From Oscillospiraceae bacterium (lineage in GTDB: Bacteria > Actinomycetota > Coriobacteriia > Coriobacteriales > Coriobacteriaceae), in the NCBI GenBank assembly GCA_963614405.1, contig CAVEDI010000056.1:1-42684 (forward strand): a stretch of 42,684 nucleotides of DNA, written 5' to 3'. Position 1 is the stretch's first letter, and each line of letters begins with the position of its first letter. Position numbers and translations under genes: made by a program. Under the pieces are notes generated by a model, which saw only the letters and a program-made list of their open reading frames with translations, was not told the DNA's origin and made no database searches. Shown here in pieces: positions 8,663-18,046 of the stretch.

Positions 8663-10690
8663 ATGGAACAAAAGGCCAAGGAGGCAGCCTCACACGCTGC
8701 GATTCCTGTGAGCATCTCGGCGATGCTCGTCACGCTGGGCGTGGTGTATGGCGATATCGGCACCAGCCCCATGTATGTAACCAAGGCGCTCGTTGCCGGC
8801 AACGGCGGCATCGGAAGCGTGACGGAGGAGTTTGTGCTCGGCGCGCTCTCCCTTGTCGTGTGGACGGTCACGCTGCTGACCACCATCAAGTATGTGCTCA
8901 TCTCGCTGCGCGCCGATAACCATGGTGAGGGCGGCATCTTTGCCCTGTACAGCCTGGTCAAGCGCTGTGGCAAGTGGCTTATCATCCCCGCCATGCTGGG
9001 TGGCGCCGCGCTGCTCGCCGACGGCATCCTCACGCCTGCCGTTACCGTTACCACGGCCATCGAGGGCCTGCGCACCATCCCGGCGGTCCATGCCGTGCTC
9101 GGTGATGATCAGGGCCGCGTCGTCGCCATTACGCTCGCCATCATCATCGCGCTCTTCTTGGTGCAGCGCATCGGTACGGCCAAGATCGGTCACGCCTTTG
9201 GCCCCATCATGACGCTGTGGTTCCTGTTCCTGGGCGGCACGGGTCTGTTCTTTGTCTTCCAGCACCCCGCCGTGCTGCTGTGCCTCAACCCGGTGCGCGG
9301 CATCGCCTTTTTGTTGAGCCCCAACAACCACGCGGGCATCATGATTCTGGGCAGCTGCTTCCTCGCCACCACCGGTGCCGAGGCGCTCTACTCCGACATG
9401 GGCCACGTCGGTCGCGGCAACATCTACGCTACCTGGCCGTTCGTTAAGTGCTGCCTGCTGCTTTCCTATATGGGCCAGGGCGCTTGGCTTATGAACAACG
9501 CTGCCAACCCCGAGCTCATGGGCATTGCCGACCTCAACCCGTTCTACCAGATGCTCGCCCCGGGCCTGCGCCCGTTTGCCGTAGGCCTTTCCACCGTCGC
9601 GGCCATCATTGCCTCGCAGGCGCTCATCACCGGTGCATTCTCGCTGGTGTCCGAGGCCAGCCGTCTGGACCTCATGCCGCATATGCAGGTCTTCTACCCT
9701 GCCGAAACCAAAGGCCAGCTCTACATCCCCATGGTCAACAACGTCATGCTTGTCGGCTGCGTCATCGTGGTGCTGCTGTTCCAGAACTCGGCGCATATGG
9801 AAGCCGCCTACGGCCTTGCCATTACGCTGACTATGATGTGCACCACGCTGCTGCTCTTCTTCTACCTGCACGAGGAGCGCAAGCTCAAGGTTGCTCCGTG
9901 GATCTTTGCGGCCTTCTTCCTTTTGCTCGAGGGCTTTTTCTTTGTGAGCTCGCTCACCAAGTTCTTCCACGGCGGCTACTTCACCATTCTCATGGCTGCA
10001 CTCATCATGGGCATTATGGTGTGCTGGTACAACGGCACGGCGGTCGAGCAGCGCCAGTTTACGCTGCTGCCGCTGCGCAGCTACCTGCCGCAGCTCAAGC
10101 GTCTGCGCGACGACGACCGTTACGAGCGCATGAGCGACAACATCGTGTACCTGACCAAGGACACCCATACCGACTACATCGACCGCGATATCGTCTATTC
10201 GATCTTGGACAAGCATCCCAAGCGTGCCCACGCCTGGTGGTTTGTGAATGTCGAGACCATGGACGAACCGCACACCTTTGCCTATTCTGTCGAGACGTTC
10301 GGCACCGACTACGTGTTCCGCGTGCATCTGTACCTGGGCTACAAGATCAACCAGCGCGTCAATGCCTACCTGCGTCAGGTTGTTCAGGACCTGGCTGCCA
10401 CCGGCGAGCTGCCGCCGCAGACGCATGACTACTCGGTCTACAAGGATCCGGGCAACATCGGTACGTTCAAGTTCGTCATGATCCGTAAGCTTCTGGCGCC
10501 CGAAAGCGACGTGGAGCCGAGCGAGCGTACGGCCATCACGCTCAAGTACATCATCCGCCGCGCCGCCGGCACGCCTGCGCGCTGGTATGGCCTGGAGAAC
10601 TCCAACGTGAGCTTTGAGTATGTGCCGCTGTTTACCAAGTTTAAGGCTGTGAGCAAGATGCAGCGCCTGGCCCCTAACGAGCGCCCGTAG
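8663..10690 (+). CDS. kup: KUP/HAK/KT family potassium transporter
   Basis: GVVYGDIGTSPMY, ADNHGEGGIFALY, DGILTPA, GAEALYSDMGH, GQLYIP, AAYGLA. ATG 8663 after GGGAGG. Confidence 0.96.
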   Translation: MEQKAKEAASHAAIPVSISAMLVTLGVVYGDIGTSPMYVTKALVAGNGGIGSVTEEFVLGALSLVVWTVTLLTTIKYVLISLRADNHGEGGIFALYSLVKRCGKWLIIPAMLGGAALLADGILTPAVTVTTAIEGLRTIPAVHAVLGDDQGRVVAITLAIIIALFLVQRIGTAKIGHAFGPIMTLWFLFLGGTGLFFVFQHPAVLLCLNPVRGIAFLLSPNNHAGIMILGSCFLATTGAEALYSDMGHVGRGNIYATWPFVKCCLLLSYMGQGAWLMNNAANPELMGIADLNPFYQMLAPGLRPFAVGLSTVAAIIASQALITGAFSLVSEASRLDLMPHMQVFYPAETKGQLYIPMVNNVMLVGCVIVVLLFQNSAHMEAAYGLAITLTMMCTTLLLFFYLHEERKLKVAPWIFAAFFLLLEGFFFVSSLTKFFHGGYFTILMAALIMGIMVCWYNGTAVEQRQFTLLPLRSYLPQLKRLRDDDRYERMSDNIVYLTKDTHTDYIDRDIVYSILDKHPKRAHAWWFVNVETMDEPHTFAYSVETFGTDYVFRVHLYLGYKINQRVNAYLRQVVQDLAATGELPPQTHDYSVYKDPGNIGTFKFVMIRKLLAPESDVEPSERTAITLKYIIRRAAGTPARWYGLENSNVSFEYVPLFTKFKAVSKMQRLAPNERP

Positions 10691-10759
10691 TCGACGCTTG
10701 AGGTTTGTCTGCGAACGGGCGGGCTTGTAATGACGGGGATTGAGTCCTGGGAGGAAACC

Positions 10760-10954
10760 ATGGATGCAAAGGTGCTTGACGGTCGCGATCTTGCGACCGA
10801 GCTGGTGCGTGAGGCGCGTGTCGACGCCGCCGAAGATCGGTTCTTTACGAATCGTGCCAACATGGACATGGCCGACCGTGTGATCTCGATCGTGGTGACG
10901 CTGCTTGTCGCGGCGTGCGTGTGCGCACTGCTCGCGCACGTGCTGTTTGTCTAA
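10760..10954 (+). CDS. Small (64 aa) hypothetical protein with a single C-terminal TM helix
   Basis: Strong RBS GGGAGG, host-like codon usage, hydrophobic tail VISIVVTLLVAACVCALLAHVLFV. Confidence 0.7.
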   Translation: MDAKVLDGRDLATELVREARVDAAEDRFFTNRANMDMADRVISIVVTLLVAACVCALLAHVLFV

Positions 10955-10985
10955 CGACCGCAGGTTGCAAAGGCTATACACTTGG

Positions 10986-11038
10986 AACCACCACAAGGGA
11001 AATCACCACAAAGGTGCCTGTCCCCTTTGTGGTGGTTT
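10986..11038. repeat. GGGGACAG-core REP-like hairpin (variant) with partial duplication of the left arm; may act as a terminator
   Basis: AAATCACCACAAAGG-tgcctgtcc-CCTTTGTGGTGGTTT, preceded by AACCACCACAAGGG. Confidence 0.75.
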
Positions 11039-11066
11039 TTGTTTTCGAGAGAGGGGCGGGACGCTG

Positions 11067-12692
11067 ATGGACGTCCGTACGGACGGCGATATTGCCGATA
11101 GCTTTTGGTGGCGGCGCACAACGCTGACGCGCCGCACTCCTCTGTATGACGCCTGCGTATCGGTGGGGCTGCTGGTCGCGGCGACGATTGTGGGCGCGCT
11201 GCTCGACCATCCGGGTCTCGCGCCGAGCATCATGATCGTCTATGTGTTCGCCGTTCAGCTGTGCGCATTCTTTACCTGGAGTCGCCTGTATTGCTTGTTG
11301 AGCTCGGCTGCCGCCGTGGCGCTCTACAACTTTTTGTTTGTCGACCCGCGCTACTCGCTGTCGCTTATCGACCGCGGCTATCCCGGCATGTTCTTTATCA
11401 TGTTCGTGGTCTCGCTTGTGTCGAGCTCGATTGCGTTGGCCCTGCGCCGCGCCTTGGCACAGGCTGCCGCTAGCGACCGCCGCACGCATATGGTGCTCGA
11501 GACCAACCGCATGTTGCAGCGGTGCGCCGATCAGCAGCAGATCGTTCACGCCATGGCCACGCAGCTGGCGCGTCTTTCGGGCTGTCCGGTCGTGTGGTAC
11601 AGCGCCGACGCCGAGGGCGATGACCTGCTGCCGCGTGCGACGTACACAGCCGTGGGCGATGCCGCCCCGGTGCACGAGCTGGCGCCGCAGATGCCGCCGC
11701 GGCTCTCGGCGTCCGCCTATGTGGGAACGCCGCTCGATGCCACCTATGGCGGCTCGGCGTTTTATGGCATCTACCTGACGGTTCGCACGGGCGACGGCTT
11801 CGTGCGCTCGGGCGACCCCGCCTCGGTGGTGGGCGTGCTGGCTATTGTTGCCGAGCCCGATGTGCTAACACACGAGGAGCGGACACTTGCCGATGCCATC
11901 GTGAGCGAAGGCGAGCTGGCGCTCGACCGCGCCCGCGCCATGGAGGCCCGCGAGGAGGCGGCGGTGCTCGCCAAAAACGAACAGCTGCGCGCCAACCTGC
12001 TGCGCTCCATCTCGCACGATCTGCGCACGCCGCTTACCAGTATTTCGGGCAATGCCGATGTCCTGCTCGACCAGGGTTCGACCGGCACCGCGGTGCTCGA
12101 TGCCCAGACGCGCCGCGGCCTGCTTCTATCCATTCGCTCGGATGCGCTGTGGCTCAACGCCACTGTCGAGAACCTGCTCGCCATCACCAAGCTCGAGGGC
12201 GGCGGCATGCATCTGTCGACTACGCTCGAGCTCATGGACGATATCGTCGAGGAGGCGCTGCGCCACGTGAACCCTGCCGTGCGCGAGCACGACCTTAAGG
12301 TGGTGGCGTGCGATGAGCCGGCGCTCGTCAACGTCGACGCGCGCCTCATGGTGCAGCTGGTGGTCAATCTGGTGAACAACGCCATCACCTATACGCCCGC
12401 AGGCTCGCATATCGTGATTTCGATTGGCGTCGACGATGGATGCGTGGCGTGCTCGGTGGCCGATGACGGCCCAGGCATTGCGCCCGAGGACCGCGAGCGA
12501 ATCTTTGAGTCGTTCTACACCGCCAACCACGGTTTGGCCGACAGCCATCGCAGCGTGGGCCTGGGTCTTTCGCTTTGCCGCTCCATTGCGCTGGCGCATG
12601 GCGGTAGCATAGAGGTTGCCGCGGCGGACCCGCACGGCTCGGTCTTTACGATTGAGCTTCCCGTCGCCGACGTTTCGTTTGATAAGGAGTAG
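11067..12692 (+). CDS. kdpD: KdpD-like sensor histidine kinase (DUF4118 TM + GAF-like + HisKA + HATPase), lacking the N-terminal KdpD and USP domains
   Basis: YNFLFVDPRYSL TM motif, EQLRANLLRSISHDLRTPL, NLVNNAITY, DDGPG, GLGLS. Adjacent to kup and kdpE. Confidence 0.82.
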   Translation: MDVRTDGDIADSFWWRRTTLTRRTPLYDACVSVGLLVAATIVGALLDHPGLAPSIMIVYVFAVQLCAFFTWSRLYCLLSSAAAVALYNFLFVDPRYSLSLIDRGYPGMFFIMFVVSLVSSSIALALRRALAQAAASDRRTHMVLETNRMLQRCADQQQIVHAMATQLARLSGCPVVWYSADAEGDDLLPRATYTAVGDAAPVHELAPQMPPRLSASAYVGTPLDATYGGSAFYGIYLTVRTGDGFVRSGDPASVVGVLAIVAEPDVLTHEERTLADAIVSEGELALDRARAMEAREEAAVLAKNEQLRANLLRSISHDLRTPLTSISGNADVLLDQGSTGTAVLDAQTRRGLLLSIRSDALWLNATVENLLAITKLEGGGMHLSTTLELMDDIVEEALRHVNPAVREHDLKVVACDEPALVNVDARLMVQLVVNLVNNAITYTPAGSHIVISIGVDDGCVACSVADDGPGIAPEDRERIFESFYTANHGLADSHRSVGLGLSLCRSIALAHGGSIEVAAADPHGSVFTIELPVADVSFDKE

Positions 12693-12696
12693 CGCC

Positions 12697-13410
12697 GTGC
12701 CGAACTCTGCCGTAAAACCGCTCATCTTGGTCGTTGCGGACGACCCCGCCGTTCGCAACTTAATCGTTGCCGCGCTCGAGGCGCACGGCTTGCGCCATAT
12801 GGCCGTGGAGACCGCCCATGCCGCCATCGCCGCCGCCTCATCGCAGGCACCGAGCATTGTGCTGCTCGATCTGGGCCTGCCCGATATGGACGGCGTCAAG
12901 GTGGTGGAGTCGGTGCGCGCATGGTCGGGCATGCCGATCATTGTGGTCTCGGCGCGCAGCGAGGATGCGGACAAGATTCGCGCACTCGATGCCGGCGCCG
13001 ACGACTACCTGACCAAGCCGTTTTCGGTCGAGGAGCTGCTCGCGCGCATTCGCACGACGCTCAGGCGTCTCTCGTATGCGCAGATTGGCATGGGTACGTC
13101 CGAGGGCTCGTTCGACACCGGTGAGCTGCATATCGATTTTGATGCCGGCATCGCCACGATGGATGGCGAGGAGCTGCATCTGACGCCGATCGAGTACAAA
13201 CTGCTATGCCTGCTGGCGCATAACGCCGACAAGGTGCTGACGCACCAGTCTATCCTGCACGAGATTTGGGGCACGGCAACCAAGAGCGACCTGGCGAGCC
13301 TGCGCGTCTTTATGGGTACGCTGCGTAAGAAGATAGAGTCCGACCCCGCGCATCCGCGTTACATCCAAACGCACGTGGGTATCGGCTATCGCCTGGTCAC
13401 CCAAGGCTAG
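12697..13410 (+). CDS. kdpE: KdpE-like OmpR-family response regulator
   Basis: LLDLGLPDMDG, ALDAGADDYLTKPF, LTPIEY, LRVFMGTLRKKIESDPAHPRYIQT. GTG start after AAGGAG. Confidence 0.88.
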   Translation: MPNSAVKPLILVVADDPAVRNLIVAALEAHGLRHMAVETAHAAIAAASSQAPSIVLLDLGLPDMDGVKVVESVRAWSGMPIIVVSARSEDADKIRALDAGADDYLTKPFSVEELLARIRTTLRRLSYAQIGMGTSEGSFDTGELHIDFDAGIATMDGEELHLTPIEYKLLCLLAHNADKVLTHQSILHEIWGTATKSDLASLRVFMGTLRKKIESDPAHPRYIQTHVGIGYRLVTQG

Positions 13411-13434
13411 GACGGCGTCCGCCATCCCAATATG

Positions 13435-13501
13435 AGTTGCGGTGAAATACGGTCTAAATTTGCCTAATTCCAGGCAAAACAGTCCGTATTCCACCGCAAC
13501 T
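13435..13501. repeat. 67-bp imperfect hairpin between convergent genes
   Basis: AGTTGCGGTGAAATACGG ... CCGTATTCCACCGCAACT (17/18) with inner TTTGCCT/AGGCAAA. Confidence 0.75.
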
Positions 13502-13504
13502 TTG

Positions 13505-16075
13505 TTATTTGCCTTTGGGCTTGCTGGCGTAGAACTTCTTCTTTTTGAGCTTGCCGGCGGGGGAGGGTTTGCCGTTGCCGTGCGACCCTCGGTCGCCGGC
13601 CTGCGCGTGCGCGGGCGCCGTTGCACGAGACTTGCGGGCCTCGGGGTTGCGCAGCTCCTCGGTTCGCTCTGCAATCTCCTCGGCACTAAAGCCGACCTCG
13701 GCCATGGCATCCTCGATGGGCAGGCGGCGCACGATATAGCAGTGATGCACCTTCTGGTTGCGTGCGAAGTCCTCGGGGATGGTCTGCGCCGTAATGTCCT
13801 CCAGCACCACGCCCACACGCGCGAGCTTGCGCGCCTCGGGGCGGAAGCCGCGCAGGTTGCAGCTAAAGATGGCATGTCCGCCCTGTGCGAGCAGGCGAGA
13901 TACGCCGGCCAAAAGCTCAACATGGTCGCGCTGGACATCCCAAGTGCGGCGGCCCATCTTGGACGAGTTCGAGAACGTGGGCGGGTCGACAAAGATCAGG
14001 TCCCAGCGGTTGCGCGTCTGGCGCTGGTCGCGAATCCAGGCGAGCACGTCGTCGCGCACAAAGTGATGCTGCGGACCAACAAAGCCGTTCTGGCGCATAT
14101 TGCGCTCGGCCCAGTCCAGGTAGGTGTTGGAGAGGTCGACCGTCACGGTTTCCTCGACGCCGCCGTCTGCCGCATAGCAGGTGGCGGTGCCGGTATAGGC
14201 GAACAGGTTGAGGAAGCGGCGCGCCTGTTTGGCGTGCTCGCGCACCAGGTTGCGGGTGACACGGTGGTCCAAGAAGATGCCCACATCCAGATAGTCGTCA
14301 AAGTTGACGGCAAAGGTAAGGCCGCCCTCTTCGATGAGCGGCAGGCGACGGCGCGCGATGTTGGCGCGCTCGCCCGAGCCGCCCTTGCCGGCGCCCTGCT
14401 TGCCGTATTGCGAGCCGCCGCGCGAACGCATGCGGGCCTTGGCGTGCACATGCTCGGCCGGAACATCAAGGATGCGCGGCGCGATGGCCAAGATGTCGAG
14501 CATACGGGCCTGGGCCAGTGCGGGGTCGATGGTCTTGGGCGCAGCGTATTCGGCGATGACGAGCCAGCGGCCCGGCGTCTGCGGGCAACCCTCGTACAGG
14601 TCGATGGCGGCGGAGTAGTCGGGCAGGTCGGCATCGTAGACGCGGTAGCAGCTCACGCCCTCGCGCTTGGCCCACTTGCGGCGCAGACGGGCATTCTTGC
14701 GCAGGCGGTTGGCGAACTGCTCCGACTCGGGGATGAGCACGGGCAGCGGCTTGCCGTCGCCCAAGTCGAGCGTGGCGGTGGGCTCGGGCATGGCGGGCGC
14801 GGCGCCAGTCTCATCGGCGACGTCGCCGGCATCCTCAGCCTCGCCTGCGGCATCCGCGCTGGCCGCAGCTTCAAATGCCGCGGCGGCGTGGTCGAGCGAG
14901 GACCAAACCTCAATAGTTGCCTCTTCGTTATTGGGCATGACGGCGATGGAGCGCGCGGGCTCGGCATGGAGCGCGCGGGCCATAAGGCCATCGCGGGTGA
15001 GCGCGGCGACCGGTGCCGAAGCGAGCTCGGGCGCGCGGCGCAGCTCGCCGATGAGTGTCATGGCGTCGTGCATGAGCGAAAGCGGGGTCTCGGTGGTGTC
15101 TGCGACCACGGCGGCGCCGGCGACGGCGCCGCCGTGGTCCAGCACGGTGGCGGACTTGGCAGCGCAAAAATCGACAAAGCGCTTGTAACCGGCGCACTTG
15201 ACCATGCGCTCGGCAGTCTTGCGGGCGGCGGGGTCGATATCTACGGCCACGATGCGCGCCTGCCGCTCGCGCGCTGCCGCTTCGCGCTCGCGCGCCTCGG
15301 CAAGCAGCTGCTCCCACAGGGCGGCATCATGCAGCTGCCAGCCCTCAAAACCCCAGTGCTCGCGTGCAAAACCCGGGGCGCGGTCAGTCAGAATGTTCAC
15401 GGCTTCCAGCAGCAGACCGCCGCCGGCGCACGAGGCGTCGACCAGCGTAGGCAGGGCTTCGTTCTCGTACTCGTCGGCCGTCAGCTCGCGCTCGCACAGT
15501 GCGGTCCAGCCGACTTGCGCCAGCACCAGGGCGGCGTAGTCGGGGCGCAACACGTGCGCGCCCTCGCCGGCACGGGTCGCCGCGGGCGGCAGGCGCTTGA
15601 ACAGCGGGTCGCCCGAAAGGTCCAGGCTTATGCTCGCGCGGCGCTGGCGCAGCGAAAGCAGTAGGTGAACATCGGGGTCGGCGGCATCGACGTCGGCGCG
15701 ACGGCCCGTGGTCTCGGCCAGGCGGTCGCACAGCGCGTCCTTGGCGCGCAGGGCCGAGAAGCGCGTGTTGCGCAGCTGCTCGGTCACGCCGCGGGCGGTG
15801 ATGGCGATGGTGGCGCCGGGGCGGACGATGCTCTCCCAGGCGATGTCGTAAACGCTATCGTACAGTTCATCGGCATCCTGCGCCTCAAAGCGCCCGAGTA
15901 CCACGAACACGCGGCTCGCCAGGCGCGACCACAGACAGGCGCGGTAGCCTTCTTCGAGCTCGCCCTCAAACGTAGCACGGCCCTTCAGCCGGCGAACATG
16001 CGAAAGTCCGAGGCGTTTAAGCTCATCGGCGAGTGCGGACTCAAAGCCCTCGGGGCAGCTTGCGTAAAATTCCAT
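13505..16075 (-). CDS. rlmKL: Bifunctional 23S rRNA methyltransferase RlmKL (THUMP-RlmL + RlmK); RlmL motifs look degenerate
   Basis: YRACLWSRLASRV and THUMP region, WGFEGW, FANRLRKN, YRVYDADLPDY, GIFLDHR, FLNLFAYTG, DLIFVDPPTFSNS. Confidence 0.9.
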   Translation of the reverse strand: MEFYASCPEGFESALADELKRLGLSHVRRLKGRATFEGELEEGYRACLWSRLASRVFVVLGRFEAQDADELYDSVYDIAWESIVRPGATIAITARGVTEQLRNTRFSALRAKDALCDRLAETTGRRADVDAADPDVHLLLSLRQRRASISLDLSGDPLFKRLPPAATRAGEGAHVLRPDYAALVLAQVGWTALCERELTADEYENEALPTLVDASCAGGGLLLEAVNILTDRAPGFAREHWGFEGWQLHDAALWEQLLAEAREREAAARERQARIVAVDIDPAARKTAERMVKCAGYKRFVDFCAAKSATVLDHGGAVAGAAVVADTTETPLSLMHDAMTLIGELRRAPELASAPVAALTRDGLMARALHAEPARSIAVMPNNEEATIEVWSSLDHAAAAFEAAASADAAGEAEDAGDVADETGAAPAMPEPTATLDLGDGKPLPVLIPESEQFANRLRKNARLRRKWAKREGVSCYRVYDADLPDYSAAIDLYEGCPQTPGRWLVIAEYAAPKTIDPALAQARMLDILAIAPRILDVPAEHVHAKARMRSRGGSQYGKQGAGKGGSGERANIARRRLPLIEEGGLTFAVNFDDYLDVGIFLDHRVTRNLVREHAKQARRFLNLFAYTGTATCYAADGGVEETVTVDLSNTYLDWAERNMRQNGFVGPQHHFVRDDVLAWIRDQRQTRNRWDLIFVDPPTFSNSSKMGRRTWDVQRDHVELLAGVSRLLAQGGHAIFSCNLRGFRPEARKLARVGVVLEDITAQTIPEDFARNQKVHHCYIVRRLPIEDAMAEVGFSAEEIAERTEELRNPEARKSRATAPAHAQAGDRGSHGNGKPSPAGKLKKKKFYASKPKGK

Positions 16076-16150
16076 GGGTGACCTCTCTGGTTGCGTCGCT
16101 CCATTATATGATGGATGCTTCGTTTGCCCTTATCCTCGAAAGGAACCCAT

Positions 16151-16978
16151 ATGATTGATGCGTGCCCCGAATCCGCCGTGCTCTTTTTTGACGTGGACGG
16201 CACGCTGACGTCGTTCGATCCCGACGATATGACCGATAAGGATTTCAATGCAGTCCATCCGTCGAAGGCCGTTGTCGATGCATTTGGTCGCCTGCGCAAT
16301 GCGGGTCACCGGGCATTTATCTGCACGGGTCGTCCCTTGTGGCTGATTGCCGATGGCCTGCGTGCTTTGGAGCCTGCGGGTATCGTTGCCATGGCGGGAG
16401 CTACGCTCGAGGTCGAGGGCCGCGTGGTACACGAGGACTGCTTTGACGAGGACGTTGTCGAGGAGCTTGCACGCCGTATGGCCGCGGCGGGGATTGAAGC
16501 CTTTTTCGAGACCAACGTGGCTACTTTTGCCTTGGAACCCGCGGGTGTTGAGCAGTCGTCTCTGATCGGCACTTCTGTGGTGCACAGCGCCGAGGAAATG
16601 CGCGTCGACGGCAGTCTGCGCGTGGGCAAGGTATGCCTCAATGTGCCCAGTTTGGCTCGCGTAGCCAACGATGACGGCTTTATCGATCGCTATTTTGAGG
16701 CCTGCAACACCGGTGGTCAGAATCGCGAGCTGAGCCCCAAGGGCATCGACAAGGGCGTGGGCGTGGCGCGAGCGCTGGCGTATCTGGGCCGCGAGGGAAA
16801 TGCGCGCACCTTTGGCTTTGGCGATTCGGGCAACGACCTGGGCATGCTCGCTGCGGTCGAGACGGCTGTCGCCATGGGCAACGCCATGCCCGAGGTCAAG
16901 GCGGTCGCCGACTACGTGACCGACGATGTTGCACACGACGGCACCGTCACCGCCATGCGCCACTTTGGGTTGATCTAA
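16151..16978 (+). CDS. Cof-type HAD-IIB family hydrolase (sugar phosphatase-like)
   Basis: FFDVDGTL, ICTGR, DKG, GFGDSGNDLGML, AMGNA. Confidence 0.92.
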   Translation: MIDACPESAVLFFDVDGTLTSFDPDDMTDKDFNAVHPSKAVVDAFGRLRNAGHRAFICTGRPLWLIADGLRALEPAGIVAMAGATLEVEGRVVHEDCFDEDVVEELARRMAAAGIEAFFETNVATFALEPAGVEQSSLIGTSVVHSAEEMRVDGSLRVGKVCLNVPSLARVANDDGFIDRYFEACNTGGQNRELSPKGIDKGVGVARALAYLGREGNARTFGFGDSGNDLGMLAAVETAVAMGNAMPEVKAVADYVTDDVAHDGTVTAMRHFGLI

Positions 16979-16979
16979 T

Positions 16980-17019
16980 AAATGGCCGGGTCGCCCGCAG
17001 TGGGGCGACCCGGCCATTT
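16980..17019. terminator. Bidirectional terminator between convergent HAD and DeoR genes
   Basis: 17-bp perfect stem AAATGGCCGGGTCGCCC/GGGCGACCCGGCCATTT. Confidence 0.85.
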
Positions 17020-17022
17020 GAG

Positions 17023-17814
17023 CTATTTTGCAATATAGAGCTTGGGATGACTGCGACTGCTCTCGATCGCCGCCGTCATGATGCCCTCGTCGTCTCCATC
17101 AACGATGATGCCATCGAGGTCATCGATTTGCGCGGACTGATAAAAACTGGTCTTGTTGAACTTTCCCTGGTCAACCATCATATAGCCCTGGTTTGAGTTG
17201 GTCAGGTACATATGCTTAATCATGGCCGAGAAGTCGTGCTCGACGGTAAAGCCGTGGTCGGGGTGGAATCCGTCGGCACTGACAAACGCCTTGTCGGCAT
17301 GTAGTTTGCTCATGCAGTCGAGCGTTAGTGCGCCCGCGAGATAGAGGTGGCCCTTGCGCACGGAGCCGCCCAGCAGCACTACCGAAGCATTGGGGAGATT
17401 GAAGCTGGCGTAGTTCGCGATTGCAAGATCGCCGGTGATAATGGTGATCTCATGCTTGTCGATGAGGGCTTTAGCGAAGTAAAAGCCTGTGGTGCCGATA
17501 TCAATTACCAGAACATCGCCATCATCAACAAGAGCTGCTGCGGTTGCGGCGATGGCCTCCTTGGCCTCGACTTGGACATTGATGCGCTCCTCGGGATACG
17601 AGATTGCGTTGGAGCGAGAAAGCGATACCGCTCCGCCGCGTACGCGACGCAGCTTGCCTTCGGATTCCAGTGAGACGAGGTCGTGTCGTGCGGTGACTTC
17701 CGAAACCGAAAAACGGCGAACGATGTCGGATACCGAGATATTTGGCTTTTCGGCCAGCCAATTCATGATAAATCGCTGACGCTCGGCCGGTGAAAGGTCT
17801 GAAGTAGATGCCAT
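17023..17814 (-). CDS. DeoR/GlpR family transcriptional regulator
   Basis: VSEVTARHDL..LE..G.LRRVRGGA HTH, DIGTT, LLGG, DKAF. ATG 17814 after AAGGAG. Confidence 0.93.
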   Translation of the reverse strand: MASTSDLSPAERQRFIMNWLAEKPNISVSDIVRRFSVSEVTARHDLVSLESEGKLRRVRGGAVSLSRSNAISYPEERINVQVEAKEAIAATAAALVDDGDVLVIDIGTTGFYFAKALIDKHEITIITGDLAIANYASFNLPNASVVLLGGSVRKGHLYLAGALTLDCMSKLHADKAFVSADGFHPDHGFTVEHDFSAMIKHMYLTNSNQGYMMVDQGKFNKTSFYQSAQIDDLDGIIVDGDDEGIMTAAIESSRSHPKLYIAK

Positions 17815-18046
17815 ATGCCGCTCCTTTTGAACAAAAGGCAAAAGATGCGCCTTTCGTAATCGAAATATAACGTATCGATATGAAAAGAACAAGGCAAATT
17901 CGAATGAATCGAATGAACGGAATGGCATGTCCCAAATGCATGCGTAGTAGATAGTTTGCACGTAGACGGGCTATAAAGAGTCTCATTCTGAAGGCGCCGC
18001 CCAAAAGAAGCACGTTCACACCCGATATTCGACCGTTCACGGAAAG

